DNA of 63,184 nt, filler included, from Reclinomonas americana ATCC 50394 (Eukaryota): assembly GCA_048213135.1 (NCBI GenBank). It is 14 parts of 14 records of this genome, joined end to end, with 100 filler letters (N's around TTAATTAATTAA, not from the genome) between each part and the next. Parts side by side here need not be neighbours in the genome. Positions count along the whole stretch, not along the records: positions 1 to 1,863 come from AFZH01021427.1; positions 1,964 to 5,104 come from AFZH01021428.1; positions 5,205 to 8,568 come from AFZH01021429.1; positions 8,669 to 10,270 come from AFZH01021430.1; positions 10,371 to 19,939 come from AFZH01021431.1; 9 more parts are not named here. One strand, written 5' to 3'. The notes beneath the pieces were generated by a model that worked only from the letters and a program-made list of their open reading frames with translations, searched no databases and was not told the origin of the DNA. This document shows positions 1-10,959 of this stretch, one piece after another (the first letter of the stretch is position 1; every line of letters starts with the position of its first letter). Position numbers and translations under genes: made by a program.

Positions 1-1800
1 GACGGTGCGCGGTCCCGTGCCGAGGTTTGCCGCGGCCGCCGCCACTGCCGCCAACATCGCGTCGTCGGGACCAGGCACGGGCGCTTCACCGGCCGCCGCT
101 CTGCGCCGCTCGCTGACACCGCTGGGCACGTGCATGGCGCTCAACACGCTGGTCCTCTGCAACGTGGCCGGCATCGATCTCGACGCACTGGCACTTCTGC
201 CGCGACTCAACACGCTGCACATGATGCACTGCTTCAGCCTGTACAACACTGCGGCGGAGTCGCTGGCGAGTTTGGCTCACTTTAGTGAGGTGTGCGAGGC
301 ACCGGCGATTCTCTGCCTGCCTCCGGCACTGGAACACTTGCGTCTGTCGCATATGGAGGGATTGGTGTCGATCGACCTCGGTCCGCTGTCGATGGATGCC
401 GCCAAGCAGGAGCTGCATGCGTTGCCGACGTTGCGCACGTTTGCGGCGTGGCATTGTCCGCAGCTTGTGGATTTGTCGCTGTTGGCCTTCCTCGGCAATC
501 CGTCGTCGGGCAACCAGGTCGGCTGGCTCGGCAGTGGCGTGCGCTCGCACGATGCTGGCGGCGGACTGAATAATGTGATTCTGGAGCGTCTGGAATTGGG
601 CGAGTGTCCGCAGTTGGTCGAGTTGGGATTCATGCGTGCGCTGCGGTGTTTGCGGGTGATTCGTCTTGGCAGGGTGGTGTATGCGGATCGCAAGACGGTG
701 AGCAAAGGAGGGGAAGGGTGGGGGAAAGGGGGAAGGGAGGGAGGGAAGGAAAGGTGAACAGAACAATGAGCAGCTGCGGTGAGGAAGCTTGCAAGAAAAG
801 TCGGACAAGGCAGTCAACGATCGTGAGAGAGAAAGATCGAGTGAGTGAGAGAGATAGAGAGATAAAGAACAATAGCAGTTGGTGGATAGGATGAAGAAGC
901 AGTGCACCACTCTCAGCCGTTGTTGTGATCACTCTTGGCATTTACAGAAATTCTGAGAGAAAGTGAGAAAGTGCGCACTGCTGAGGACACCGACAGACAA
1001 AGAAAGTGATTGAGAATTAGAAAGAAAAGAAGTAAGCGGAGAAAGGGAAAGGAAGAAGAAGAACTAGTAGAGTCGGAATATGGCTGCACTTATCCTTCCT
1101 ATGCATCTGCCTTAACATTCCGGTTTGTACAAGACATGAGTGCTTCTCACTTGTGGTCTCCTGTAATCTTCTTCCCTGTGCCTTGTTCACCTCCCACATT
1201 TGCCTCCCCTACTCACCGCTTCCCTATCGCTTCCGTCTCCATTCCTTTCACATCCCTTCCCCTTCATATCCCTTCCCCTACTCTCAACGCCTTCCCGCCT
1301 CACTTTCCCTTTTCCATTTCTTTCCCCCTCCACAGGACGCCCTCACCAGCGCCTCCACCATCATGGCCATGACCCTGGCCTCCTCCGAGCGCTTCGCCTT
1401 TGCCGACGTGGTGAAAAAGCACGGCCAGCGCGGCAACTCGAGTGGTGGAGCTGCGGCCGACGACTCGGGCTCCCTGCTCGACATGGATCCGCGCACCATG
1501 CGACTGCGCTCCTCGGACGACTTGTCGATGCTCGGCGACAATGTTGCGATTGCGTCCGTCTCTATTCTTTCGTTTTCCTATTCCGACACGGTGGCGCAGG
1601 GTGGAGGCGTGCAGAGGCAACGCACAATCGTGAAGCGCATTCCCGGGCAAGCCGAGTCGGTGAGCACCGGCAGTCCTGCACAGGAGCGGCGTGGAATGGC
1701 CGAGCGTCGCGGTCGCGGAACGCCGTCGGAGTCGCCGTCGCGGTCGCCATCGCCAGCGAGGAAACAACTGAATGAGAAACTGAGTTGCGTGGCGCTGTGA
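1..1800 (+). CDS. Leucine-rich-repeat protein, 3' part (exons 1-697 and 1336-1800)
   Basis: LxxLxL/C repeats (LPRLNTLHMMHC, LEHLRLSHM, LERLELGECPQL, LRCLRVIRL). GT..AG intron 698-1335 keeps frame; TGA at 1798-1800. Confidence 0.75.
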
Positions 1801-1863
1801 CGGAAAGTGCTCACTCACTCAATCTCTCTCTCTCTCTCTCTCTGTTGTATTCGTCATTGACTC

Positions 1864-1963
1864 NNNNNNNNNNNNNNNNNNNNNNNNNNNNNNNNNNNNN
1901 NNNNNNNTTAATTAATTAANNNNNNNNNNNNNNNNNNNNNNNNNNNNNNNNNNNNNNNNNNNN
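1864..1963. other. Artificial contig linker N44-TTAATTAATTAA-N44; also at 5105, 8569, 10271, 19940, 25183, 32780, 36227, 48177, 52411, 56481, 60397, 61887
   Basis: Identical 100-nt spacer with six-frame stop cassette, 13 copies; genes are truncated at it. Confidence 0.98.
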
Positions 1964-2324
1964 TCTGCTGTACCGTACATCCGCCTTGGCCGTACAGCAG
2001 TATCCGTCGTTTCCTTCTTGTTTTTTTCGTTCATACCGCCTTCACTTCTTCCGTCCACTCCCTTCCTCTCTCACCTCTCCTCGCCTCACCTCTCCTCTCC
2101 TCTCTCCTTCTCCTCTCTCTCTCTCTCTTTCTTTCTCTTCCCCCTTCCTCTTCCCTCTTCCACTTCCCTCTTCCACTTCCCTCTCCCTCTTCCACTTCCC
2201 TCTCCCTCTTCTCCCTTCCCCCTTCCTCTTCCCTCTCCCTCTTCCCCTTTCCTCTTCCCCCTTCCTCTTCCCCTTCCCCTTCCCCTTCCCCCTTTCCTCT
2301 CTGCTCACTTTGCCCTTCCCGCAG

Positions 2325-5104
2325 ACTTCCACAAACCACAAGCCCGTGCCGTGCGCGACTTGATCGCCAACTGCGCACGCAGCTTGCTGCACGTGGAGCT
2401 GCTGGATGGCTTCGACCTGCCCTTTGACAACGAGTGGATCCAGTCGAGTGTGTTTGAGCAGGCGCGCGGCTTGCGTCGTTTCGTGTCCTCTGACTTCCGA
2501 CACGCGCACTCGGTCGTATCGCTGGCGTATGGAAGCACGCAATTGGCAGAGGTTTGTACACAGCTTTGGTACTCACCCTTCCTTCTCCAATCTCACTCCA
2601 CCACCGCCGACAGGTCGCCCTCCGCAGCTTCCACAATGTCGGCTCGCTGCAGCCGATTGTCGTCACTCATCGCCAATCCCTGCGCATCTTGGTGCTCGAG
2701 GATTCGACCACACTGACCGATCTGTCGTTCCTGCGCACACAGTTCCGTGACAGACAGTCCATCCTGCTTCTCAACACTCTCCCTCTACTCACTCTTTCCT
2801 TGTGCGTGTGCCACAGAGATCGACCTCCCAGCGTACCCGACTCGCCAGCCTCCTCCTCGTTCATGTTCTCACCCAAGTCCTCGCTGTCGGCTGCCATGTC
2901 ACGCAGTCGAAGTGGCATCACCACTCCCGATCTCAATGCCAAGTCGCACGCTCTCGATATCAGCGGCTCGGCCTATTCTCCATTCTCGCTTCGCCGTTGC
3001 GTTCTCTTGTCTCCTCTCCGCTCTCCTTTACATCGTCTCATTTGCCGAGAGCAGTTGAATCGGGAGCCAATGCCAACGAGCCCGTGTCGCTCGAACGCCT
3101 CAATCTAGTCAATTTGCCCAATCTGTCGGGTTTCTCCGACATTAATCTCTGCGGTTTCTCGCTGACATCGCTGCACCTGGAGCGCATCCCCATGTTGTGT
3201 TCCCTTAAATTTATGGAGGTGAGTTGGAGGGAAGAGAAACGTGCTCGTTCTTATCTCTTCTCTCTTATTGTTGCTCTCTTTCCTTCTTCATCTCATCTCT
3301 TCTCATCCCTTCCCTTTCTGTCCGTTGTCGTCCCGTTTTACCTCTTCTCTTCTTTTCGTCTCATTTTTCCTCTTCTTCTTCTCTCTCTCTCCTCTTCTCT
3401 TGTCTTCTCCTTTTCCTCTTCCCGTCTCCTGTCAATTTTCATCGCTTCTCTTCTCTTGTATTCCATGCTCTCATCTTCTGTTCATTTCTCTCTTCTCTTC
3501 TCATCTCTTCTCTTCCCATCTCTTCTCTCTTCTCCTCTCTCCTCTCATGTCCTCTCACTGTCCTCCCCTCTTTTCCTCCCTCCTTCTCATCTCTTCTCTT
3601 CCCATCTCTTCTCTCTTCTCCTCTCTCCTCTCATGTCCTCTCACTTTCCTCCCCTCTTTTCCTCCCTCCTTCTCCTCTCCTCTTTCTCTTCCTCTTCCTC
3701 TTCCTCTTCCTCTTGCCTCTCCTTCACCCTCTCCTCTCCTCTCCTCTCCTCTCCTCTCCTCTCCTCTCCCTCCCCTTCTCATCCGTTCCCCTTCCCCTCT
3801 CCTCCTCCGCCCTCCCCTTCTCATCCCCTTCCTCCCCCTCGATCCCCACAGTCGCTCCGCCTGTGCTTGAAACATCTGTCGGTGATCAACTGCGTCAATC
3901 TGGAGGACCTGTCAGAGCTGCGACAAATGGCCACACTGGAGACTGTTGTGCTGCGCGGCATGCACTCGGCGGTGGAGATCGAGGCCATTGAAGAGTGCCA
4001 GAGGTTACAGAGTGTGACGGTGCAGGACTGCCGCATGCTGGCCTCCATTTCGGGCATCCAGGTGCAGTGTCATCACCACATCCCTTCTTCTTGTCCGTCG
4101 ACTCACACCACCCTCCTTTCCTTCTGCACAGCACTGCTCACAACTCTCCTCCGTCAACATTGGCTTTTGCCCGAAGCTCGGCTCAATCAGCGGCTTCCTC
4201 AACACCCCTGCTCTCACTAAGGTCGAACTGCGCCGCCTGCCCTCGCTGCGCGACATTGGTTTCCTCGCGCGGTGTCCATCGGTGCGCAATCTGCACTTGG
4301 TGCAGTGCGTGCTCGTCGACGATCTCAAAGTTGCGCCGCACACATTTTTTCTGTGCTCCCGTCCTCCTTTATGTGACACTCACCTCTCCGCAGGTACTGG
4401 TGGCTCACAAGGGCCTCCTTACGGTGCACACGGACGCACCGGTGGTGTGGTGGCGCGAGATGCTGGAGGATGCGATTTACGAATACGAGCGTGAGCAACG
4501 GCAGGCCACCATTCTCTCCAACATGCAGCAACAGCAGCAATCGCAGCCGTACTCGGCGCGAGGTGGCACTCCTCGGCACCAAAACCCACTGCCAATGATT
4601 GGCGGCGAGCGTCCGCACACGCCCATCATGGCTGGCGAGTTGCCACATGCACGCGCCGCCGCCGACTTGGGCGACGGATTGGGCATTGCGCCGAGCAGTC
4701 CGTCCGCCTCCCACCGCCTCGGCCGGCGCATGTCTGTCGGACCCGGTCGCATGTCACCGCTGCAGGCGCACGTGGTGGCCACACTGGAGAATAGTGCCAG
4801 TGGAGCGTCGTCGCCGCGCGGCCTGATTGGTTAGCTTTGTGTGCTGCATTGCATCATCTCCTTTTGTCATCTCTGACTCTCTCTTGCACGATTCCCACAG
4901 CTGGATCACCGCCACGCCGCCTACCGCCACTCTTCACTGGGCCCGATTCACCGGTGGCAGGGGGCGACAATGCCGTCAGCACTGGCATACCACCGCGTCG
5001 ACCGTTTGGGAGCGCAGGATCGGCGGCGAATCGTTCGATGCCAGCCGGCACCAATTACGCCAACATGACGGCACCGGCGAGCCCGGCGACGCCCTATGGC
5101 GACA
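2325..5104 (+). CDS. Leucine-rich-repeat protein, internal multi-exon fragment with Ser/Pro-rich tail
   Basis: Spliced translation gives LRILVLEDSTTLTDLSFL, LERLNLVNLPNL, LTSLHLERIPML, LKHLSVINCVNLEDL, LQSVTVQDCRML. Confidence 0.75.
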
Positions 5105-5204
5105 NNNNNNNNNNNNNNNNNNNNNNNNNNNNNNNNNNNNNNNNNNNNTTAATTAATTAANNNNNNNNNNNNNNNNNNNNNNNNNNNNNNNNNNNNNNNN
5201 NNNN

Positions 5205-5253
<49 letters not shown>

Positions 5254-5374
5254 CGTCCGTCGTCCTCCTCTCTCGTCGTCCTCTCTCTCTTCTCTCTCTC
5301 TCTCTCTCTTGTCTCTCTCTCTCTCTTGCCTCCTCTCTCTCTCTCCCTCCCTATCTGTTTCTGTGGCGCCACAG

Positions 5375-7640
5375 AGCTCGTACGATGGCGCAAGGTGGTC
5401 ACCAGTCGTGACCACTTGCCTTCCGGTCGCTCGTTCCACTCGTGCATCGCGCATGAGCATCGCATGTATGTTATTGGAGGATTCGACGGCTCCCTCCCGC
5501 TGCAGGATGTGCACTGGTGCGTTTGCTCTTCTGTCACTGCCGACGCGAGTAGGAGAAGGAGAGTGTTGACCGCGTTTGTGCACAGTCTCGACACGCGCAC
5601 TGGGCAGTGGACCGTGTGCGATTCGGAGCATGAGATGGTGGAGACGCCGACGTCGGTGACCATGACGCAGTCGATGGATGGCGTCTCGGAGGATGAGGCG
5701 TCGAGCAGTGGGGCGGGGCCTGCTGCCGGCAACGGGAGTCGGTTGCCGGCGCGGCGGGCGCTCCGCTCGAAGAGTGTGGCTGGCGTGTCTGGTCGCAAAT
5801 CAGGTGCGGACTTCCCCGTGACAGTTGTTGCTGCCGTCTTACTCATGTCACACACGCGCAGTCATGTGGGGCAGTGCGGCGAGAATGCTCGGCAATTCAC
5901 TCGTGTCGGCTGTCAACTTCCAGCGCGCACAGCAGCAGCAGGACGCCACCCGACCACGCAGTCACGAGGGCTACTTGATGAGCGGTCACGTGTCTGACGA
6001 CGACGAAGAACCGACACACACGGAGACGGCACAGATCGATGGCGCAGGAAGACCGGAGATCTCGGTGGTGCGTCTCATTTCTCTGCGATACAGCGTGTCT
6101 TCCCTTGATGATCCTCACCCTGCCATCAGTCGGCCGCCGGCGACGGCTCCGACCCGTCACTAGAGATGGGACCGCGCATTGCGCAGTCGTGTGTCAAGGC
6201 CGTGGTTGGTGGCGAGCCGTCGGCAGTGGTGTTTGGAGGCTGGTGGCTCAATCACCGCTTCAACGATGTGTGGGCCTTTTCGTTTGGTGCGTGTGTGTGG
6301 CACCGACACTGCGACATTCGAAAGAACACGAGTCGCTCACTCTCTCCTGTTTCTCCCCTTCGACAGTGACCCACCGATGGAGGCTGTTGCACCCGGGTAC
6401 ACATTCGAACTGGCAGCGTCACGGCGCGCAGCCGGAAGTGCAGCAGACTCCCGATTCACCGTCGTCGCTGCAGCCACCACCACGAGGCGGGCACTCGGCG
6501 GCGTGCGTGCAGGATCATCTGATGTTTGTGTTTGGCGGCGACAGCGGCACGCAGTTTTTCGACGACCTGTGGGCATTCGACGTCAATGTTGGCGTGTGGC
6601 AGCAGTTGACCATCAACACGGTGCCACCACAGTTCCAGACCACACGGCGTGTGCCCGACGGTGTGGTCCTCCCACCCACGACAACAGTGTCTCGCGTGTC
6701 TGCTGTGCTCATTGTTGGTGCGTGCAGGTCTGTATCGACCGGCACCGCGCAACGGCCACACTCTGACCGCAGTGTGCTGGTACCCACCACCGCCGTCGCC
6801 ACCAGAGTTGGACGAGGCGGAGGGTGGTGGTGAGCCACCAGCAGCCAAGTGGGATCTCATTCTTTTTGGCGGCGACGACGGTCACTCGGCACTCGCCGAC
6901 CTGTACGTGGTGACCGCCGACTTTAACGAGTACGGCGTGCTCATCGAGGACGAGCCACCGACCGAGTCGTATGTGGAGGTGGACGGTGAGGAGATTTGTG
7001 GCGGAGCGGGGACGAGGAGAGAGAGAGAGAGAATGCTGAGATTATTGTGGTTGTGCAGTTGACGAGGAGCCCACACCACCCGTGAGTGACGATGGACACG
7101 AGAGCCCCGAAGGCGATTTCCCGGAGGTGCCAGACGACGATTTGGATGGTTTGGTCGCCAAGTTGGCCTTCCACATGGCGGAGCGCGAGCGCGCCGAGGC
7201 GGAAGCCGAACGGTTGCAGGTGTGTCCACTGTCACTACCTACACTCTCTCATTCATAGCTGACTGCCGCTGCCGCACGTAGCGTGAGCTGGACGAACGCG
7301 TACAGCGCCGCCTCCACGAGGAACAGCTGGCCGAGTCGGCCCGGCGAGCGGCGATAGAGTTGGAGCGCGTCCGCAGCGAGTACGCCGAGCAAATGGACAA
7401 GTGGGAGTCGGTGTTGCAGCAGGTGCAGAGTGAGCGCGACGACATTAATTTCCAGGTGCGTGAGGAGAGCGAGAGAGAAGGAAGGCGTGTCGTTGTGCCA
7501 CTGACACACACGCACGTACACGACAGGCGGCCACCTGGGAAACCACATTTGCCCGACTGCACGAGGAAAAGGCCCAGCTGGTGATGGTGGCTCGTGCCAG
7601 ACGCAGCAGTGCCACGACCGGTCACAGTGGCGGCAGGTAG
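5375..7640 (+). CDS. Kelch-repeat protein with C-terminal coiled coil (5'-partial)
   Basis: Kelch motifs PSGRSFHS..MYVIGGFDG, VVFGGWW..NDVWAF, PPPRGGHSA..MFVFGGDSG..DDLWAFD, PRNGHTL..LILFGGDDG; Glu/Arg-rich heptads after ~7170. Confidence 0.85.
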
Positions 7641-7949
7641 CGAGAAAGAGAGAGACACGAATGAGTTGACAATTGTGTACACATGTATTTGCTTTACAAG
7701 AGGCGCCAGGCGAAGGTGTAGGTTCTAGAAGTGACGCGGGCCGAGGATCATGGCCTCGGTGTATTGTGTAATGGGCGTGGTCTTGCGCGGCTTGCGATAT
7801 GCTGCGCACACGATGATGAGCAACAATCAATGGAGAGAGCGAGCGAGAAAAGAGAGAGGTGGGGCGCAACTTTCTGGGGTGAACGTGCGACTCTGCCAGC
7901 CAACCTCCTGCGACTCGGTCAGTGGCTTCTCTGCTCGTTCCACGGGGTC

Positions 7950-8483
7950 CGCTCGTGCGCGTTCTTGCTGCGAATGGAGAGAACGGTGAGTAACAGCCAG
8001 AAGAGAGCGAAGAAGGAGAGAAACACAAGAACGGCATCTCATACAGGAGCAGAGAGAGAGAGAGAGCATCACGAAGGCGCAGAACACAGGAGGAGTTGCG
8101 TGTGTGTGTGTGAGAGAGGAAAGAGCAACCGGAAGGCAGAGTACTCAGGAACTGTGGGTGCGTATCTGCGTGAGAGAGAGCGTCGAACACAGGGGCTGAG
8201 TTAGAGAGAGCGAGGAGAGCACCAACAAGGCATATAACGCAGGAGCAGAGTATGAGAGAGAGCTACAAGAAGGTACAGAGCTGAGTGGGAGAGAGTGAGA
8301 GCAACAAGAAGGGCATCGAATACAGAAGCAGGGGGAGAGACACACACGCATACATACACAGAGAGAACAACAAACAGGCACAGAACACAAGAGCTGAGAG
8401 TGAGAGAGCAACCACAAGGCAGAGTACTCAGGAGCTGTGTGTGTGTGAGAGAGAGAGAGAGACAGCGGCGAACACAGGAGCTG

Positions 8484-8544
<61 letters not shown>

Positions 8545-8568
8545 TAGAGAGAGAGAGAGAGAGAGAGA
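7950..8568. repeat. Degenerate purine-rich minisatellite ending in (GA)n
   Basis: Recurring variable units like AGAGAGC..AAGGCACAGAACACAGGAGCTG; AAGGCAGAGTACTCAGGA occurs twice. Confidence 0.7.
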
Positions 8569-8668
8569 NNNNNNNNNNNNNNNNNNNNNNNNNNNNNNNN
8601 NNNNNNNNNNNNTTAATTAATTAANNNNNNNNNNNNNNNNNNNNNNNNNNNNNNNNNNNNNNNNNNNN

Positions 8669-8883
8669 ACCTTAATCATCGATCTCTTGAGATCGGCATG
8701 CGACACAAACTCCCTCTTCTCCGTCTTGGCATGCTCCAGCAGCGGCTTATCCTCTCCACGTGAGAACACGGTCGCAAACGTGTTGCGCAAGTTCGGGTTG
8801 CGCGAGCGACGCGCACGCAGTGCCTCTGCAGACAAACTCTCCGCATACGGAGACTGACTACCAGTCGCACTCTTGTTGCTCAT
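8669..8883 (-). CDS. Hypothetical protein, first exon (3'-truncated)
   Basis: ORF MSNKSATGSQSPYAESL...RSMIK ends at AG|GT at the contig edge; no family recognised. Confidence 0.45.
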
Positions 8884-8926
8884 CTTTCTCGCGTGCTTGA
8901 TTGATAAACCGACAAGGACAGTTTAC

Positions 8927-10196
8927 TCACTCGTCCTGTTCGTGTTCCGTCGACGTCGCTTGTGGTGCATGCTGCTCTTCCTCCCCTCCTCTTCCTTCGT
9001 GCTCTCCTCCTTCTTCTTCTTCTTCGCCATCGGCACCATCTTCGTTGGTGTACACCTCCTCATCGTCAACGTCGAACTCCTCTTCTCCGCGACTTGACGG
9101 CTCATCGGCCTCGTCCACATCGCCACCGTCGCCACTGTATTCCTCCTCGAGCGGACGCAGCAGCGGAGGCGGTCCAAGTCGTGGCAGGTCGTACTGATCG
9201 CCCCACGTAAGCTCCAGCGTGGTGATGGACTCCATGAGATCGCTAAGTTCCCGCTGGATGAAATCAATATCCTCGTGCACCGCGTCGACTGCACACAGCC
9301 CTATAAGTCAACGTGCGCGCGCGAGAGAGAGACAATATGCAACGACGACGTAACTGCACTTGAGCAAGTCGGCAGCGTGCGTCAGCTCCTGTGCCGTGCG
9401 CTGGAACTTTGGCACCGTGCGCACCAGCTGCTGCTCCGACCGCGCAATGTGCCTGGCCACCTCCACCTGTCGCGTGGCCAGCTGCTGTGCGGCGGCGACC
9501 ACGTACTGCTGGTAGTCGGCACACAGCCGGGCCAGAGCGACAAAGTCCAGTCGCGGAATGGTCGGGTCCGAGGGTGACGGAGCGCGCGGGGTGAAGAACA
9601 GGTCCTTCCAGCTGCGCTGCAGAGTCTGTGGAAGCACCGGTTGACCCTGTCACATACAAACGAGAAGGTTATCAGTGACAAGAAGGCCATGTGCGCAACA
9701 CGGCAAGCAAACAAGCAGCGCGCACCTGCTGCAGGCGAGCAAGATGCTGCAGATCGGCGTCATCCTGCTCCACACAATCAACATCTCCCCCACATGCGCA
9801 CGCGTGCGTGTGTCTCTCTCACATAGACACACAGACCTGCAACAGCGACTCATCGCGCACAGTCAAGTTCCACGCCTCATTGAGCTTGTGTGTCTGCTGC
9901 GGCACCCCGCCCACTGATGAGCTGGCAAGATGCGCAGCTGCTGTTGCCGCTGTGCGCACTCCGCCCGCTGATCGATGCGTGCCCACTCCACTCCCCACAG
10001 AGGAGGAGGAAGAGGAGAGCAGCAGCGAGTCAGTGAAGGGCGACGAGCCTCCTCGCCCTCCATCGTCACTCTGTGCGCTCACTGGCGCGGAGGGTGACTC
10101 ACGCCCAGGCTTGGCTCCTGCCGAGCAACAGTAGTGAGCGTCTCCACTGCAGCAAAAAAGAGGTCACAGAGAGAGAGAGAAGGCGACGTTACCCAT
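8927..10196 (-). CDS. BORCS5/myrlysin-like protein (BORC subunit 5) with MG N-terminus and acidic tail
   Basis: Spliced start MGAKPGRESP (first coding exon ATG-G). Core RLDFVALARLCADYQQYV..QQLATRQVEVARHI resembles the BORCS5 LD..L.LC.RYQ segment as I recall it. Confidence 0.5.
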
Positions 10197-10370
10197 GCGC
10201 GCAAAGACGAACGAGTGTAAAGACGAGATGATGCTCGCCCTTCTCCGTCCGTCTCTGTCCTTCTTCCCATNNNNNNNNNNNNNNNNNNNNNNNNNNNNNN
10301 NNNNNNNNNNNNNNTTAATTAATTAANNNNNNNNNNNNNNNNNNNNNNNNNNNNNNNNNNNNNNNNNNNN

Positions 10371-10903
10371 CCTTCCTCGTCATCATCATCGTCGTCCTTG
10401 CCACGATGCCGTCTGTGCGCATGATGGTGGTGGCGGTGACCACTGTGACCGTGCAACTGACGATCTATCAAGCCAAGTGGTGAGGAAACAATCTGCTCCC
10501 ACCCTCCTCGCGCACACACCACCAACGAACCAATCACAAAGCACAGTGCAAAGCCGACCAGCGTGACCAGCACAGTCCACAGACGCGCACTCACTGGCGG
10601 CAACGACGCCGAGTCCACCAGCGAATCAACCGAGTCCACTGCCATGTGCAGTCCAGCCGCCAGCAGCATGCCACCCGACAAGCACGTGGCCAGAGGCTGC
10701 AACAGAAGCGCACCACGCCACCAACTCGATGCCTTTTGCATGCAGTCAGTCGTGAGCGCGCGCGCGAAAAAGCAACAACAAGACAAGACAAGACAGGAGG
10801 AGCACACCGATGACTGCAGCTTGTATGCCAGTGTGCAGGAGGCAAACGACACGGCAAAGGTGACAGCGGCAGTGCCGAGCTTCCCGCCCAACAACACCGA
10901 CAT
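10371..10903 (-). CDS. ZIP-family metal transporter, N-terminal part
   Basis: Three hydrophobic helices, CLSGGMLLAAGLHM motif, then His-rich loop HGHSGHRHHHHAH. Confidence 0.7.
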
Positions 10904-10959
10904 GATTGACTTGTGAAGGACACACAAAGGACACGGACAAGTGTCAAAGTAAAGAGAGG

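Noticed and set aside
1986..3991. Long Leu/Ser/Pro/Phe-rich ORFs (also 58193-59320, 61935-63176)
   Set aside because: Translations of CT/GA-rich introns.
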